The notes: a model not told the origin generated them from the sequence alone. Numbered from the stretch's first letter, positions 13,596-27,023 are shown. The stretch is 63,715 nucleotides of DNA from Rhynchobatus australiae (GCA_034780895.1 JAUZTB010000071.1:3176459-3240173); one strand, 5' to 3'. Translations and numbers: made by a program.

Positions 13596-14494
13596 NNNNN
13601 NNNNNNNNNNNNNNNNNNNNNNNNNNNNNNNNNNNNNNNNNNNNNNNNNNNNNNNNNNNNNNNNNNNNNNNNNNNNNNNNNNNNNNNNNNNNNNNNNNNN
13701 NNNNNNNNNNNNNNNNNNNNNNNNNNNNNNNNNNNNNNNNNNNNNNNNNNNNNNNNNNNNNNNNNNNNNNNNNNNNNNNNNNNNNNNNNNNNNNNNNNNN
13801 NNNNNNNNNNNNNNNNNNNNNCTGACAGCTTTTTTCGTTGGCGGATTAGATTTGAATAGAGCGCTAAATACAAACAAACAGCGTCTCCGTGAAAACAACT
13901 CTGTCAATTGTACTTGATTATGGATGTTTGCCATAGAGTCTTCAAAGTTTAAAATGGCAATGAATAATTTATGCAGAAATTTTCTGTACAGGCAAGCATC
14001 CAAATGTTTAACCTGTGGATTGGTCAAAAAGAAATGACTGATTGGAATTTCTTTGCCTCTGCTAGAATTCGGGCTCTTTATGACGGTATCTGCGGCGACT
14101 GGCTGCAAATGAGTGAACTTCTGTTGTTCTTTCTGTCACCCACTTGTCTGCCCTCCTGCCGTTTCTAACCTTGAAACAGGACCAGACTTAAACTTTATTC
14201 CCCGGGCGCAATCCCCCATGGAACGCACTCGTCGCCCATTCTGGAGCGGATGTTTATTCGTGTGAAAGTTTAAAGTGCTGGAAACCCGAGTAAGAAATCA
14301 ATTCTATGGCCCGGGTCTGCTGGAGGAGGCCCATACGGTTTCTTTCTTTGGGGAGAAGGCAACATTTCATTAACGCAAAGAAAACTGCATCGTTAACAGC
14401 TATAGTCTAAAAACACATAGAAATCTAAAATAAGAAGCGTCAGTCTAAGACGCAGAGGGTTAGGGAAAGTCTCCGCGTTCAGGAAATTTGAGAC

Positions 14495-14560
14495 AAAAGC
14501 CACAAGAAAAATGATGTTGAAAATGTTCAGCGAGTTAGACAGCATCTGCGGAGAGGAGAA
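14495..14560 (-). mobile_element. Decayed Penelope-like tail fragment
   Basis: GTTGAAAATGTTCAGCGAGTTAGACAGCATCTGCGGAGAG resembles the GCTGGAGGAACTCAGCAGGTCAGGCAGCATCT arm. Confidence 0.4.
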
Positions 14561-17500
14561 CAATTGGTTGGATCAGCACGCACTGAATTTAACTTTTCCA
14601 TTTCCCTTTTAATTATTCGTATGTTTCTCAAGGATAAACAACGCATCTTCCCTTTTTACAACATGGTTCAATACCACGCACGGTCTGATAACGTGATCGC
14701 GCCAAGACCACTTTAGGAGCTAACATGGGCTTGTTGGTTTAAGTTTCTAAAATACATGTTTTCAATACTTCTCAGTATTTTTCTATATTTTTGGTGCCTA
14801 TTCATAATGCAGAAGTTATAAAACACCGATATTTTGTTTGAAAATACTAATAATGACTCGCTGCTCTTAGAAACTAACGTAATTTTTTTTTGATGTAAGA
14901 ACCATTCATGGTTAACTCTTCATTATTGTAAAGATAACACTGACACAATCTGCCTGGTTGCCAAGACTCTCTTTCGAAATAGTTTGTTATTATTTATTTT
15001 ACTAGTTCCCAATCTAACATTTTTATTGAAACTAATGTTTTATTTTAAATGGCCTTTGAAGGTGGATTGCATAATGTGTCCTCCTGAAGGTACGGTAGTT
15101 AATTTGTACCAGTCTGGCTGTTTTACAATAACTTTAATTAAAATGTTATTGAGATTTTGTAACCGAACCAAAAATAAGTTCACGGCGTTCCAGTAAAAGA
15201 ACACAAATATCGCCATGAGATTGCCACAGTTCTGCTCATCAAGCATGTGGAATGTGACATTAAGTTCGTTATTTTTTCCCTGCTACGGGAAAAACGATAA
15301 ACGCGCAATCCGTTATTTTTCTTAATTTGGGCAATTGTTTCAATTCCTACAGTAGAAAAGTACAAAACTGTGGAGGAATAGGCTGCTTACTCCATCATAT
15401 TCAGACAATGCTTACTTGTATACATTGTCAGACATTCGCCAATGCCAGCGTTTCTTCATAAATCACTGCGGGCAGCCGAATAAACTCAAAATTGATCATA
15501 GCATCACGATTATACATTCAGCCTTTGGAAGACTTTTTAAAGTGGATATTAGTCTTATTGCATGTCACTTTTTTTCTGAAAGCTACGTTATTGGGTTGTG
15601 AATTGAACAAAGGTATAGCAATTAATGTGCTTGTTTTTTTTTAACTAGCACAGGAAGATCCGGAGGCGCCACTTAAATATACTGCACTTCTGCAATGTAA
15701 TAGTATTATGATATGAGTTTATTAAGCTGAATTGTAGAACAGATTTTCAAAGGATTCGCTATCGAATACGAAAAGCTATCAATATTCGATTTCAATAAAG
15801 ACGCTGCTGAATTTGATCTGAACAAGTTGCCCACAGCTCATCGAATGTTCTATTCATTAACTAAGAGATCGATGGACCTTGTTTTTTTATATATATTTTA
15901 TTGTATGATTATCTAAGACTTGAGTGATATCCAGATGTCTTTGTAGTACATGTACGAACTTTGATGCTATATACCAATCTGTATTGGTCTCTTTGTATCA
16001 CGCATATAATCACCGGTCATACGTATTATTCTGTATTAATTTGAGAATTAATAAAAAAGATCGAAAGAGTGTCCTTCAGTGACTGTTCTGTAATCAACTT
16101 ATTTTTAAATTTGAGCCAATGCTCGTTAGAACATCGCCAACGTCGAAACCCACCAATATTATTTTAGTCGCCAGCAAATAAACTGCTGCATTTTGGTGTC
16201 CGTTCACCGTGTCCTCTTCTCCATCGGACCTTCATGGAAATAGTTCGTTTCAAAGGACGCTAACTCTCAAACGGATGCATGCCCAAAGAGATGGATAGCT
16301 ACAAAATCCCGAATTTTACTGACAAATAGACATGCTCCTTATTCCAAGTGTGTGCTAATAATCTCTCGACAGAAACGACGTGCAGAGATAATTTTGAAAA
16401 TAAGAAGCATATGTATCAATTTTCATCAGAATACTGTTAATATTATTAACTAAATTTCCGCAGTGAGGGTGGGGGAATCTATATATATTTTGTAAATACC
16501 ATATATATTTGTAAATATACTCAAAAATAACATTTTTAATAAAAATTAAACGATGTTATAATCAAGCAGTTTGACATTGAAACAGAAATTTTGATTCCAC
16601 TTATGAAAATATCATATTGATATTTATTTTAAAAACTCAGCTTTAAACATATTTCAGCGCTGATTTTTTTTAATGTGGCCAAAACATCAAATAATATATC
16701 TGTTTTGCTAAACTTTTAATAATGGAGAATATTAAATTCCAGGGTGGCAGTGAAGAAATGGTTTTGGGTGAAGGCGCAAGATTCGGAAATGAAAGGCTTA
16801 TGGAGACGCCGAACAAGAGCTTGTTCTGTCTGTACAAATGTAATTGTATGTTTTACATCACACAGTTTGGAAGAATAATGTGTATTCCTAACAACTTTTT
16901 TTTCCAAATTGTTCTCGTTTCTTGCTCTTGATTTGTGTGTAAGTTCGACTGTGTAAATTAAATATTTGATAACTACGATTTGCATAAACATCAATACATA
17001 AATTAAAGCGTGCAAACCTATCGAGTTTGCGGCAACATTTTCCGTAAGGCCGCATTTCTTGTTTGGCTGATCTCGGGTGTTTTCACGTTACCCAAATGAT
17101 TTTAAAAGACGCTGTTTTTTGCATCTTGACGAGCCTATTTTCATTGACGTGACAGGGTCTTAATACTATAGGATGTATACATCAGAAACAAGGCACATTT
17201 CTCCAAATCATGAAATATTTACATATCTTCCCTTAAACGAACACATTTCCCGTTAATTATACTTCCTATTAACGGACGGCTTGATTAACATTTGGTATCT
17301 ATTCACATTCTGCACACTCTCGAAGGGTTAATGGTATTTTTAAAGTGCCGTTTTACAAAGGAATTTTAAAGATTTATATATATACACACACACATTTTAT
17401 ATTTATAGTTATATTTATATATTTATATTTTTATATATTCCCAAAAGAAATTGCAGCGATTTCTCCTTTTTGTCACTCTTTATATTCGACGGGAAAAATT

Positions 17501-19338
17501 CGGTCTCTATCTGAGTTTTACACATTTGATTCATTCAAAACAACTGTGCTCCTTCAACCGCAGACAAATCCACTCGGTTTAGTGGATTAGGGAAATTCGA
17601 TCAATCTAATCCCACAATTAATATGAGCTCCACTAGTGACCCAGCCGAAGTAGCACAACGATAAATAGTGCACCAACCCCTGATATTTAAAATTCAAGTA
17701 TGGAAGAATACGGTCGACTAAATCGTTAAAAAAATATCAAAGATTGTGAATAAAGGAGATAAAATTGTTTTATTTTTAATTGTAAAGAGTTAGAGGCATT
17801 TTCCTTTTTTAAAAACTAGAGGTCAAGGTGAAAAGCCAAGGTCCACACTGCACCGCGCCCGCAAAGGCTGCAACCAGTTAAAAAGGAGGAAGTCAATTAG
17901 AAAGTAACGAGGAGGTGACGCCAACGCTGCTTATTGAAGTTCAGGGACGTGCAAAGGTAAAACCGAGGGGAGATAGGAAGCTTCATGCTTCATAGAAAGA
18001 GAGAACCGTTGTAACGCCCTGTGAATGAATATGGAGAAAGTTGTGGGGGTGGGGGTGGGGTTAATAGTATATGGCACTAAATAGTCGTAGCTTTTGAAGC
18101 TAAGAAGTTCGTAGCAGCAGTTGTCATAGGAGAGAAACAGAGAAAAAGACGGGAAAGGTAGGATGACTACATTTCTTACCGTTTTTTTGAGTTTACATAC
18201 TGGAACCAATATACTACAAAAGAGCCGATGTGATTCATTTTACACGGTACAGAGATGAACTTGTAATAGCAATAAGACGCGCTAAGCGTCAGCATTCACG
18301 CAATGTGTGTGCATAATACTAACCCGCGCAGTGCTCAGGTTTCGGGTTCCCAGTCTTCATTGGTCGCAATAGTCTCAGTTTACATCTTAAAAGGTTCCCA
18401 CGTTATTTCCGTACTTGTACTTCAGAGTACCGTACATATAAATTATCAATTTGCCCTCTATTTTTGGAATGGGGTTTTATTGTTGAGATAGTTCATTATC
18501 GTGTGATATTTACACTGCCCCTCCCCCACTCACACCCTCATGTACACATGCGCAATATACGTTTCCACACATATTTAAGCTATCCCATAAACGTGCATGT
18601 GGCTTTTATCCACAGAAGGCACAGAGGGCAAAATAGTTGGATTAATAAACGCATGGGAATCTAGAAATATTCACTAGTGAATGTAACACTGCACGGTCTT
18701 CCAATTCTTGGAACATTCCTTCCCAGGAACAGTTAAGTCTCAAAACCCCTTGCCAAGTTGAAGGAATTGTACCTCTATAACATAATACTTGGGACATATG
18801 AAATGTATTCTGTAGATATTTACACTAACTAACTATTGAGGAAGGTTGTCTTGCATTTATCGTATGATCGAACCACAGTGCGCTAGCGAGATTTGGGGAT
18901 ATGGGAGCATGTGTAGTCTATGAAATTAAGAGGGGTGCTATATAATTGCGATATCATCTAACACCAGCTCAAACTAATATTAAATGTCTCGTATTTCAAT
19001 TTGACAAGAATTAAAGTGGTGACCCTCTGGCCTCAGTCTAGCACTTACATATGAATGCATCACCAATTTTGTATGCAGGAATGAGACAATACCAACTTTT
19101 GCCCCAGTTTTTTTATATTCCCAGCAGTTGTTAGGAACTCTAATTCTATCTATCTAGTAAGGGCTGACCCTCGTAGATGTTCCTTTTTTTTAAAGGAAGA
19201 GATTTGAAGCGTACCACTTCCACGACTGCATGTACAGAGAGGAAAGCTTTGCCTTTGTGTGACCTGCTATAAAAGCTCTTCACAGAGTTATATCAATTCC
19301 TCAGCACACCCGCCTCCACCCTCACTGACTCCTCTTAC

Positions 19339-19458
19339 CTTGACTAACTCCATTACCAAGTAGAGTTCTGTTGGTGTATCCATCTCTTCAATTAACATGA
19401 TGATGTTGGGATGTTTAACCTTCCGCAGCACTGCCACCTCGTTTTCAATTAAATGCTC
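19339..19458 (-). CDS. DCLK2: Internal exon (120 nt, phase 0-0) of a doublecortin-like kinase, kinase subdomains III-V; closest to DCLK2
   Basis: Acceptor ctcttatttcAG and donor GTAAGA; translates without stops to [48 protein letters not shown] and HPNIIML match DCLK2 rather than DCLK1 (EHMIQNEV, HPNIVLL) as I recall them; paralog assignment is less certain than family assignment. Confidence 0.88.
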
Positions 19459-19879
19459 CTGAAATAAGAGTACAAATGAAATTTCACCAATAGCAATAAA
19501 GAGTCAAAATAAACCAGGCTTCTTTTTGGTGAAAGCCGCAGGCATCCAAATTCAATTGACTTCAAAGAGTTTCTCTCATTTGTTCAGAATATTTGTGTAA
19601 TCTTTTCATCTTGAATTATTTGGTGAGTTGTTTTGCTTTCCTGTAATATCTTTCCTTATCACCCTATGTCTGCTCTCTCTCACATGCCAAGATTTTTTGA
19701 TACATTGATGACTATTTTGGCCCTTTTCTCAAAGAAAACTTCATCAACTTTATTTCCAATTTCTAGTTCTGTCTTGTGTGCTCTTGGTCCTTTCCTAGCT
19801 CTTTGCTTCTCTTCTTTGACATCTCTGTCACCATTATTTCCTGAACTTTACTTGCAATAAGCTAACTGGTAGCTTGATT

Positions 19880-20380
19880 AAATGCCTCTCACTCCACTTC
19901 CTGTAAGGAATCTGATCGATTCTCACTGTCTCTCAGTTTCTCAGTCTCAATTGCACTTGTTCTGATGATTCAGTTCTTACATCAGTGCTTTTGATGTACA
20001 TCTTTATCCTCAACTGAGTATTCTCCTTCACCATAGATGACAGAACCTATACATGTTTCTGTCACATTTCCTGTTTTCTCTTCACATTCCTCCTTCTCAT
20101 TTCTGAAACCTCATTAGCCTCCCATGCCACCAGCCTCCACATATGATGAATCAAAGTGTTTCCTTTGGCCCACCTCCAGGATGGTATCACCATCAACCCT
20201 ATTTTTTCCTCCTCCTTTAGCAATCCATAGGACTGTTCCCTCCATGACATGCTGGTCCAGTCCAATTCTTCAAGAAGCCTCAACACACCTTCCTCTTTCA
20301 CAGCATCTACCTGTGCAAGTGCAGGACATGTAACACCCGCCTTTTTAATCCCTCCCTCCCCATCCTTCAGGGCCCCAAAA
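19880..20380 (+). mobile_element. Decayed Penelope-like element fragment (RT C-terminus and linker to GIY-YIG)
   Basis: Degenerate matches to SCK-S...SQFL....CSDD (TCCTGTAAGGAATC...TCAGTTTCTCAGTCTCAATTGCACTTGTTCTGATGAT), a Cys-spaced motif (CTGTGCAAGTGCAGGACATGTAACACC) and LQGPK at the end. Confidence 0.6.
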
Positions 20381-20485
20381 ACGCGNNNNNNNNNNNNNNN
20401 NNNNNNNNNNNNNNNNNNNNNNNNNNNNNNNNNNNNNNNNNNNNNNNNNNNNNNNNNNNNNNNNNNNNNNNNNNNNNNNNNNNNN

Positions 20486-20670
20486 TCTTCCGTAACGCGA
20501 GGCCGCGTTCATCTGCGCAGACGCGTGGAAAGCGAGATGAAAAAAAATAAAATTTTGTTAATTTATTTAGTTTTTCACGTGAATTCATTTTCTCAATTTT
20601 TTGGGTAGTGATCTTTGAATTCTGTCAGGGCGAATTTCCGTAAACGGCCGTAACGCAGGAATCGCCTGTA
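20486..20670. mobile_element. Possible right end of a pogo/Tigger-like DNA transposon or MITE
   Basis: Ends CGTAACGCAGGAATCGCCTG|TA (CAG-type terminus plus TA); CCGTAACGC repeated internally; left end not visible because of the gap. Confidence 0.4.
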
Positions 20671-21189
20671 ATAACTAAAATCTTTTCTAATGGAAAGGTT
20701 GTAAATGTATCTGCATGCCAACGACAATTGAGGAACAATGCTCTCAGACTGACGTAGCGATTCTCATATGGAATTACTCAAAGCGTAATGAATACAATGA
20801 AGGTCCATGGCTATGGCCAATTAAATAAATAATTTTACAACAATGGTCCAGGGAATTAACAATTATATTCCAAGGAGCGTTTATTGTTTATCTTTTAGTA
20901 GCTTTACTTTAGAAGTTAGATATATACTAACTTCTAAATTAAATGAATATAACGAATCTATTTAAACGGATTAATACATTTATACGGTTAATAGAAATGT
21001 ACTAATCCTCCTGGTAGGGAATTTTGAACAATATTAAAATTAGATCGACGCTCATTTATAAATGAATTCAGGAAGGATTTCTTCGCACTGGGTGTATCAA
21101 GATTTCCTCCTACCTCCACCCCAACGCCCCCCCCCCCCGTCTCCTCTAACTGCTGTAGAGGTGAAAGGAATAACGGTTATCAAGACCGA

Positions 21190-21244
21190 AGCAACAGAAT
21201 CTGCTAGAAGAACTCAGCGGTCGAGCAGCATCTGTGGGGGGAAA
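21190..21244 (-). mobile_element. Penelope-like tail fragment running into a gap
   Basis: CTGCTAGAAGAACTCAGCGGTCGAGCAGCATCTGTGGGGGGAAA matches the arm at 4944-4974. Confidence 0.7.
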
Positions 21245-24200
21245 NNNNNNNNNNNNNNNNNNNNNNNNNNNNNNNNNNNNNNNNNNNNNNNNNNNNNNNN
21301 NNNNNNNNNNNNNNNNNNNNNNNNNNNNNNNNNNNNNNNNNNNNCAAGTACTGGTAGCTCCATCACTTGCCTTCATCTGTATGAGTACACACTGAGATTT
21401 CTTTTCTTTCATATTTTCCTTTTATTTCTTAGCCCTTCAATTTTGAATAAAGACTCTATTTCCCAATTCTGACCCCTTGCTCTCATTGGTCACAGCCTTT
21501 TAAACTTCATCTATACTGCAATAATTCACTTCCATTACTACTGATATTCCTGAATACTTAATATCTATAATTGGAACCATAATTAATTTGGAAAATGAGC
21601 CACAAACAAAAAGTGCATCCCACTTCATGGTGACATTTACATCCTTTTGTAATCAGTTTGGAGTAAATTCCCATCATTGAAATCTAATGCTTCAAGAGAG
21701 TTGCAAGGCGGCAAGAGAACCTGGAGTACAGATCATCACCCCAGAGTCTGAAGGTGGGCTCTGCAGTGGCTGACTATCCAGGGTAGCTGCAACGAGGTTC
21801 TAAGGAAGAACCTGGGAGGAGCAAATAGAGGAAGTTTGAACATGACATCAGCATGAAAGCCAGCACCACAGAGGAAACACATGGCAGACAAATGGGAATA
21901 ATGGACGTACGTAGAACTGGGAATTCCTCAGAGACACTAGAAAGGCAGAATGTCCAGTCAATTGTTGCTAACTGAGAACCTCTTTGTCCCTGAAAGACTT
22001 GGGTAATAAAAAGTTTATTTTACATTGATTGTAAAATGTTGTAAATAGACATATTACACAAATTGAAAAAGCTCAGTGGATTTTAATAACCTAGTCTGGT
22101 TAGAAAAGCCAAGATATGATCAAATTGCAATGGTGCACCTTTGAAATTAGGCAGGTTAAGGTCGGAGCCAGAACCCAAAGGAACAAGGTAAATGAGTGAA
22201 AGACATTTACCATGTCTGCAGGACAGAATGGGACATTTGGGAAGAGGGGTGCAAAAAGTTTCTTTGTAAAAACTAAGAGGATCTCTCCTGCAAAGAGTCC
22301 TCAAATAAATGCAATAAACCTATCTTGCTGGTGCTCTCCTGGCACTCAGTGCAGTGCCTAGATGTTCTGTTCTGGTGGAGTTATCACCAGTGACACTCAA
22401 CTCAAGCCTCAAAGAAAAATAACACTCAGTTCCTGTTGATGCCATCAGACCCTGATCTGCATACTGGAGCAAAGATCCCACTGATATCTTGCAAGTGTTC
22501 CTGTCACCTGCAATTTAAAACTGCACTTGTCCAGATTGAAGTGAGAATGGAATGGATAAACTCTTCGTCACATTTTAACAGCCCTCCTGCTTAGTTTCTG
22601 TTGCTATAACTGACCCCATTAAATTTTAAAGCGCAGACAAGATCACTTAGCTCACTGCTGTGATCTTGGGAGACAACCCTAAAAGCAAACATGAGCAACA
22701 TAAGCAGCACTCTGCTGCTTCAGAGATGGCCATTGAAAAGGGGAGAAGTGAATGAACTTGCACTGAAACAGCCATTTGGATGGCAGAACAGGCTCGAAGG
22801 GCCTGCTCCCACGTGGAAAGAACAAAATGATGTTGGAGAAGAAGGATTTTGAACACTTACTGAAATCCTTTCAAAATGGTGCCAATAAAACGATTACATG
22901 CCGAATTCCTATTTATCTGGCAGTTCATGGTGGTCTTATGTAATTTTAACGGGAATGTCTGGAACTTCCTGGGTCCAGGGTGGACAAATATTTCATAACA
23001 CAGTAACCTGGCGCTGTGTTGAACTTGGGGGATGTTGATGATTCTTCCAATACACTCCAACTCCCTGGGTCAGCAGGTTTGCTGAATGAGGCGCCCCAAT
23101 AGATGTACAGAGGCAGTCAAATATATAATGATAGCATGATAAAGATACCGGGCTGCTGTGCTTATGCACTCGGAATAAAGTTTTCAGAAGTCCTGACAAT
23201 GTGCTGGCAAGCCCTCCTGTGAAGTATTATACTCAAAGAACCTCAAATGCGATAAAATGACATGAGGTTAACCAGTGTATTAAGCGCTATTGATTATGTA
23301 GGTTATTAATACATTACATAAATAACCTACGTAATGAATACATAAGTTTTGAAAAAATAAAACAGACATTTGGAAGTATATCTTTACTTAACGAGTGATA
23401 AATAATCGCAATAATCTGCTCGGTAAGGTATGGACACTATGTAGTTGCTGCAATGAGAAGGATTGATTTTCAAGGCTCATTTGTCTACATTAACGTGCAT
23501 CGTTTTATTTTGTACCCCCATTCTGGCTTGCATACGCACATCGCGTCTCTGCACGTAAACATGATCTTGAGCGAAATATTCCAATGTATTCAAATTTTAG
23601 ATTGTTTTTATTTCTGTGGATGCTACTACGAGGAGGGAAAAAAATCCGAATTGTTGAAAGTCGAAGATTCGATATGCACAAAGTCTTTTCAGTCCTGTGA
23701 TAAGTCACAGCTCTATTTGGTCAGGGAAAGGCCACGAGATGGATCTAATGATTTTTTTTTAAATCGTCGTCGTCAGCCTTGGAGCGCCTGCCAATATTTC
23801 GAATCTCGTCAGTCTGCTTGAATTGCTATTGAATGACAGTTTTCGAAATAATTCTTTTACCTTTGCAGCAGTTCGAAGGGTGGATGTCGTCCATCAAGAA
23901 TGTCTTGCTGAAGCACAAATGCATCAGAACGGCAGGAGGCCTGATTGTCCCATACAAGTTCACCCCCCTCACAGACGTCCAGACAAATCCAGTCTAATTC
24001 CCTTCAGTATAAACGTAAAGAACTAAAGTTGTCTGTATCCGAGAGACTTTGAGAATGCTTCAGCTGTGGTGAAATTGTACAAGTGGGAACCATTGCTTGT
24101 ATGAAATGTTTAAAATCCTAAAGATGATACATCTGTTGAAAAGATTAGGTGGCTTGCCTTTCTGGTTCAATTACATATTCATTGTGAGAGAACCACAGCA

Positions 24201-24479
24201 AAATCCAGTCCATGTTCACGGATTCCTTTTAATCTAGAGGTGGTGAATTCCACCATTGTACTTTCCAATACAGAAACTTTAAGCCTAGAAAACGGTGGCC
24301 TTGAAATACTAAAGACATATTCACCAAGTCACAATTTTAAAAATTAAACACGATCTTTACCACATGAAATACTAGTTCGGAACAGATAGAATCCGGCTTT
24401 CTACAGAATTAAAGAAGTGTTTTAAACAGTGGTTTCTTAAGGTATATTCATCAGAATATTGCTTCTTATGGAGCTGTTG

Positions 24480-24810
24480 AACCAGTGCCGTAAACAGGGG
24501 GTGCCACATTGTTTGAGGTACTGTCTTTAATTAATGTGATTAATTAATGTAACGCCACGTTCATCTTACAGGTAGGGGCATTAAGGTCACGTGTTTTTAT
24601 TTTGAAGGATAGGAGCGTCCCGTCGTTAGCAACACTAAACAGATTACCTGGCCATTATCGCATCTCTCTTTTGTGAGATCTTATTGTGCATACAATAGCC
24701 AGTACGTTTCCATTGTTACAAGAGCAGAAATTAATGTTGGTTTGTTATCGGTAAAACGTTCTAGGAAATACTTTCGACGCGAAAAACGCTTTATAAATTT
24801 ATGTCATTCT
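24480..24810 (+). mobile_element. Decayed Deu-domain SINE (SacSINE1/AmnSINE-like)
   Basis: CACTAAACAGATTACCTGGCCATTATCGCAT...TTTGTGAGATCTTATTGTGCATACAATAGCC...CGTTTCCATTGTTACA...CGCTTTATAAAT follows the Deu domain and tail order; related copy at 55762-56115. Confidence 0.65.
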
Positions 24811-26139
24811 TAATATTCGCAAAAGCGCTGATATTAAAATATCAAAACCTGAGGGTATCTTCTCTAACCATGTGATCGTTTCTGTCCTAGATAAAGCAGG
24901 CAGAGCTCAATCAATATTCCCCCAACTTTGGAACTGGGAATTCTTCGATTTTGCAGGAACAGAACCGAAAATAAACTGTCTATTATATTATCATATTTGA
25001 AAGGCTGGGACGAAAGAAGAAGAGTTTTGTCGCTCAGGGCACGTGGAAATATCCCGATTCTTCATCTTGGTCTGATCAATATCATAAAGTAATCGCCAAA
25101 TCCACATTATAAACGGCAGAGGGCGCGCGTGTTCGAGTCCAGGACAGCACAGTGCAAGACTATGCATGCCAAAATTACCCTTCAAGTGATTTACATTTCC
25201 GATTCTAAAATTCATGTCTTAAACCAAAAGCTTAAGTGTAAATCAAACCGTTAATACCCATGTACTCATGCAATATTTCGTTCCCCACAATGCAATTGTA
25301 ACCGCAATAGATTTCACTTCAGGAGTACACATAATTGATTTTGTGTATTCCTGAATACACTCCTGAAGTGAGCTTTTGTGCTTCCTGACGTTATGACAAT
25401 TGCTTCTTTCATCGTTACTTAACGTGACTACACATATTGGCACGAATTCAAAAATTGTGTAATAAGCCAGAAAACCTCATAATAATAGTTGGGGTATTGA
25501 AATATTTAACCAAAAGCCCTCAGATAATTGGCACCCATTGCCTGAAATTTAAGCAAGATGCAGTTTATGGAACATGCTTGTAACAACTTCTATCTCCTGC
25601 AAAGTCATTATGTTATTAAGAAAACGTAGCAAGCTGTTTTTATGGAAATAAAAATGACAATGTTTACAGTTCACAGACGTCCATCTTTTAACCAATCCAC
25701 CTTCTCGATCACATTTCCCTTGTATCATGAGAACGGCGTCGCCAGCAAGATAGAAAGGTGTAGAAGGCTTGAACTACCTAGGCTCCTCTAGGCTGAGTCA
25801 ACATTTTCGGCCAAGAAAAGAGCGGGAAGCTTCATTAAAAGACCAAGGATTTTCCTTCCCTAAGTAATCTATCTTCAGTGAGACACTGATGCTCACATAA
25901 GTCGATTTATCGTGTTATAGGTTGTTCCCTTATTTGAAATTTCCCGTTAGCCCGATCCTATAGTTTTCGTTCAACTCTGGAACCCGATTTGTAGAATTCC
26001 GTCTTCTCACTTTGATCTCCTTTGATTCCTTGCCCTCCTTCTTCACCACAATTACAGCTGTTCGGCCGATTCTGAAATTTCCTTCCTCAATTTCTCCACC
26101 AATTCCTTCCTCAGCTTTCTCAACTTCAGTTCTGTTGCA

Positions 26140-26250
26140 TCAATTTTCCAGATCTAAGGAAATGTCATTAACCTTCAATGTCAACTTAGCTTCTTTCTCC
26201 ACAGCTTCCTCCTGACCTTTTAGTATTTCCATCAGTGTCTGTCTTTATGA
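26140..26250 (+). mobile_element. Very decayed Penelope-like tail
   Basis: GTCATTAACCTTCAATGTCAACTTAGCTTCTTTCTCCACAGCTTCCTCCTGACCTT similar to copies at 36505-36570 and 39580-39660. Confidence 0.4.
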
Positions 26251-26339
26251 CAATAAAATTCGTTTACATATGTTCCTCCAGCAAACAGTCGAATGTTTCG
26301 AAAATGGATTTCTGCCCTATAATTGAAGTGGCAGGAGTG

Positions 26340-26710
26340 CCTTAACTACATCTTTCCTCATAGACCTTTCGCACATAGCCCTGGGCAATGGAATACTTTA
26401 GAGCACAGTTCTGGGTCATGGACCTTGCACTGGAGGATCAGAGAATTTCCGGCAGACTATATGGCATTTTTCATTGACGTAATATCTTTCAAGCAGCATT
26501 TGCTGTATGTCTCAGTGTGTTTAGAAGCTGTTTGGGACTACCTTGACGAAGACTACTGTATCTCGTTCCAGACTTCCAGACCTTCTTGGCAAACACGCGT
26601 TCAAGAAGTAAATGGATAATGGTCTCATCCTGACCACAGTCTTTTCGAGGGCAGCATGTAGTGGCAGTGAAACTCCAGCTATGCAAGAAAATGGAGGGCC
26701 TTTCTCACCA
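26340..26710 (-). mobile_element. L1/Tx1-clade LINE ORF2 C-terminal fragment (zinc knuckle)
   Basis: ORF 26489-26686 reads CPRKDCGQDETIIHLLLERVFAKKVW, the C-x-C-x-E-T-x-H-L-x-C-x-FA-x-VW pattern of zf-RVT with the last Cys changed to Arg. Confidence 0.7.
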
Positions 26711-27012
26711 CCAGCCTGACAAGATTTTGTCATTTGCTTGAAAGTGCATGTGATAAACATTCTGCCAAATCATTTTAGCAGTCTGCTGCGGGAACCATTT
26801 GACAGAAACCACCAGCTTGATAACAATGATTACGTTTACATTGAAACAGAAATTTAGTGAAATGTGGTGAAACTGTAAGAGCAAAGCCCTGTTTTATAGC
26901 TGTCTTACTATGGCAAAACACATTGTTATGAAACCAAATCATATTCTTCTGATTATAGTTAACACTTTTTATAATCAACTTACTCTAATTAGTCCATACA
27001 TTGAATGCTTAC

Positions 27013-27023
27013 CTTCACAAGTC
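27013..27023 (-). other. Candidate 11-nt micro-exon (GACTTGTGAAG)
   Basis: Minus strand ttttgttataacattttctttttCAG|GACTTGTGAAG|GTAAGC; long U-rich tract, consensus acceptor and AAG|GTAAG donor. Confidence 0.55.

Noticed and set aside
21640-22020. Possible LTR (purine-rich, ends near AATAAA)
   Set aside because: No TG...CA termini with TSD found
22861-23216. Minus-strand exon-like interval (ttcacAG acceptor, CA|GTAAGT donor)
   Set aside because: No reading frame stays open across it and no peptide resembles DCLK or another known protein; the pyrimidine tract is weak. A non-coding exon is not excluded
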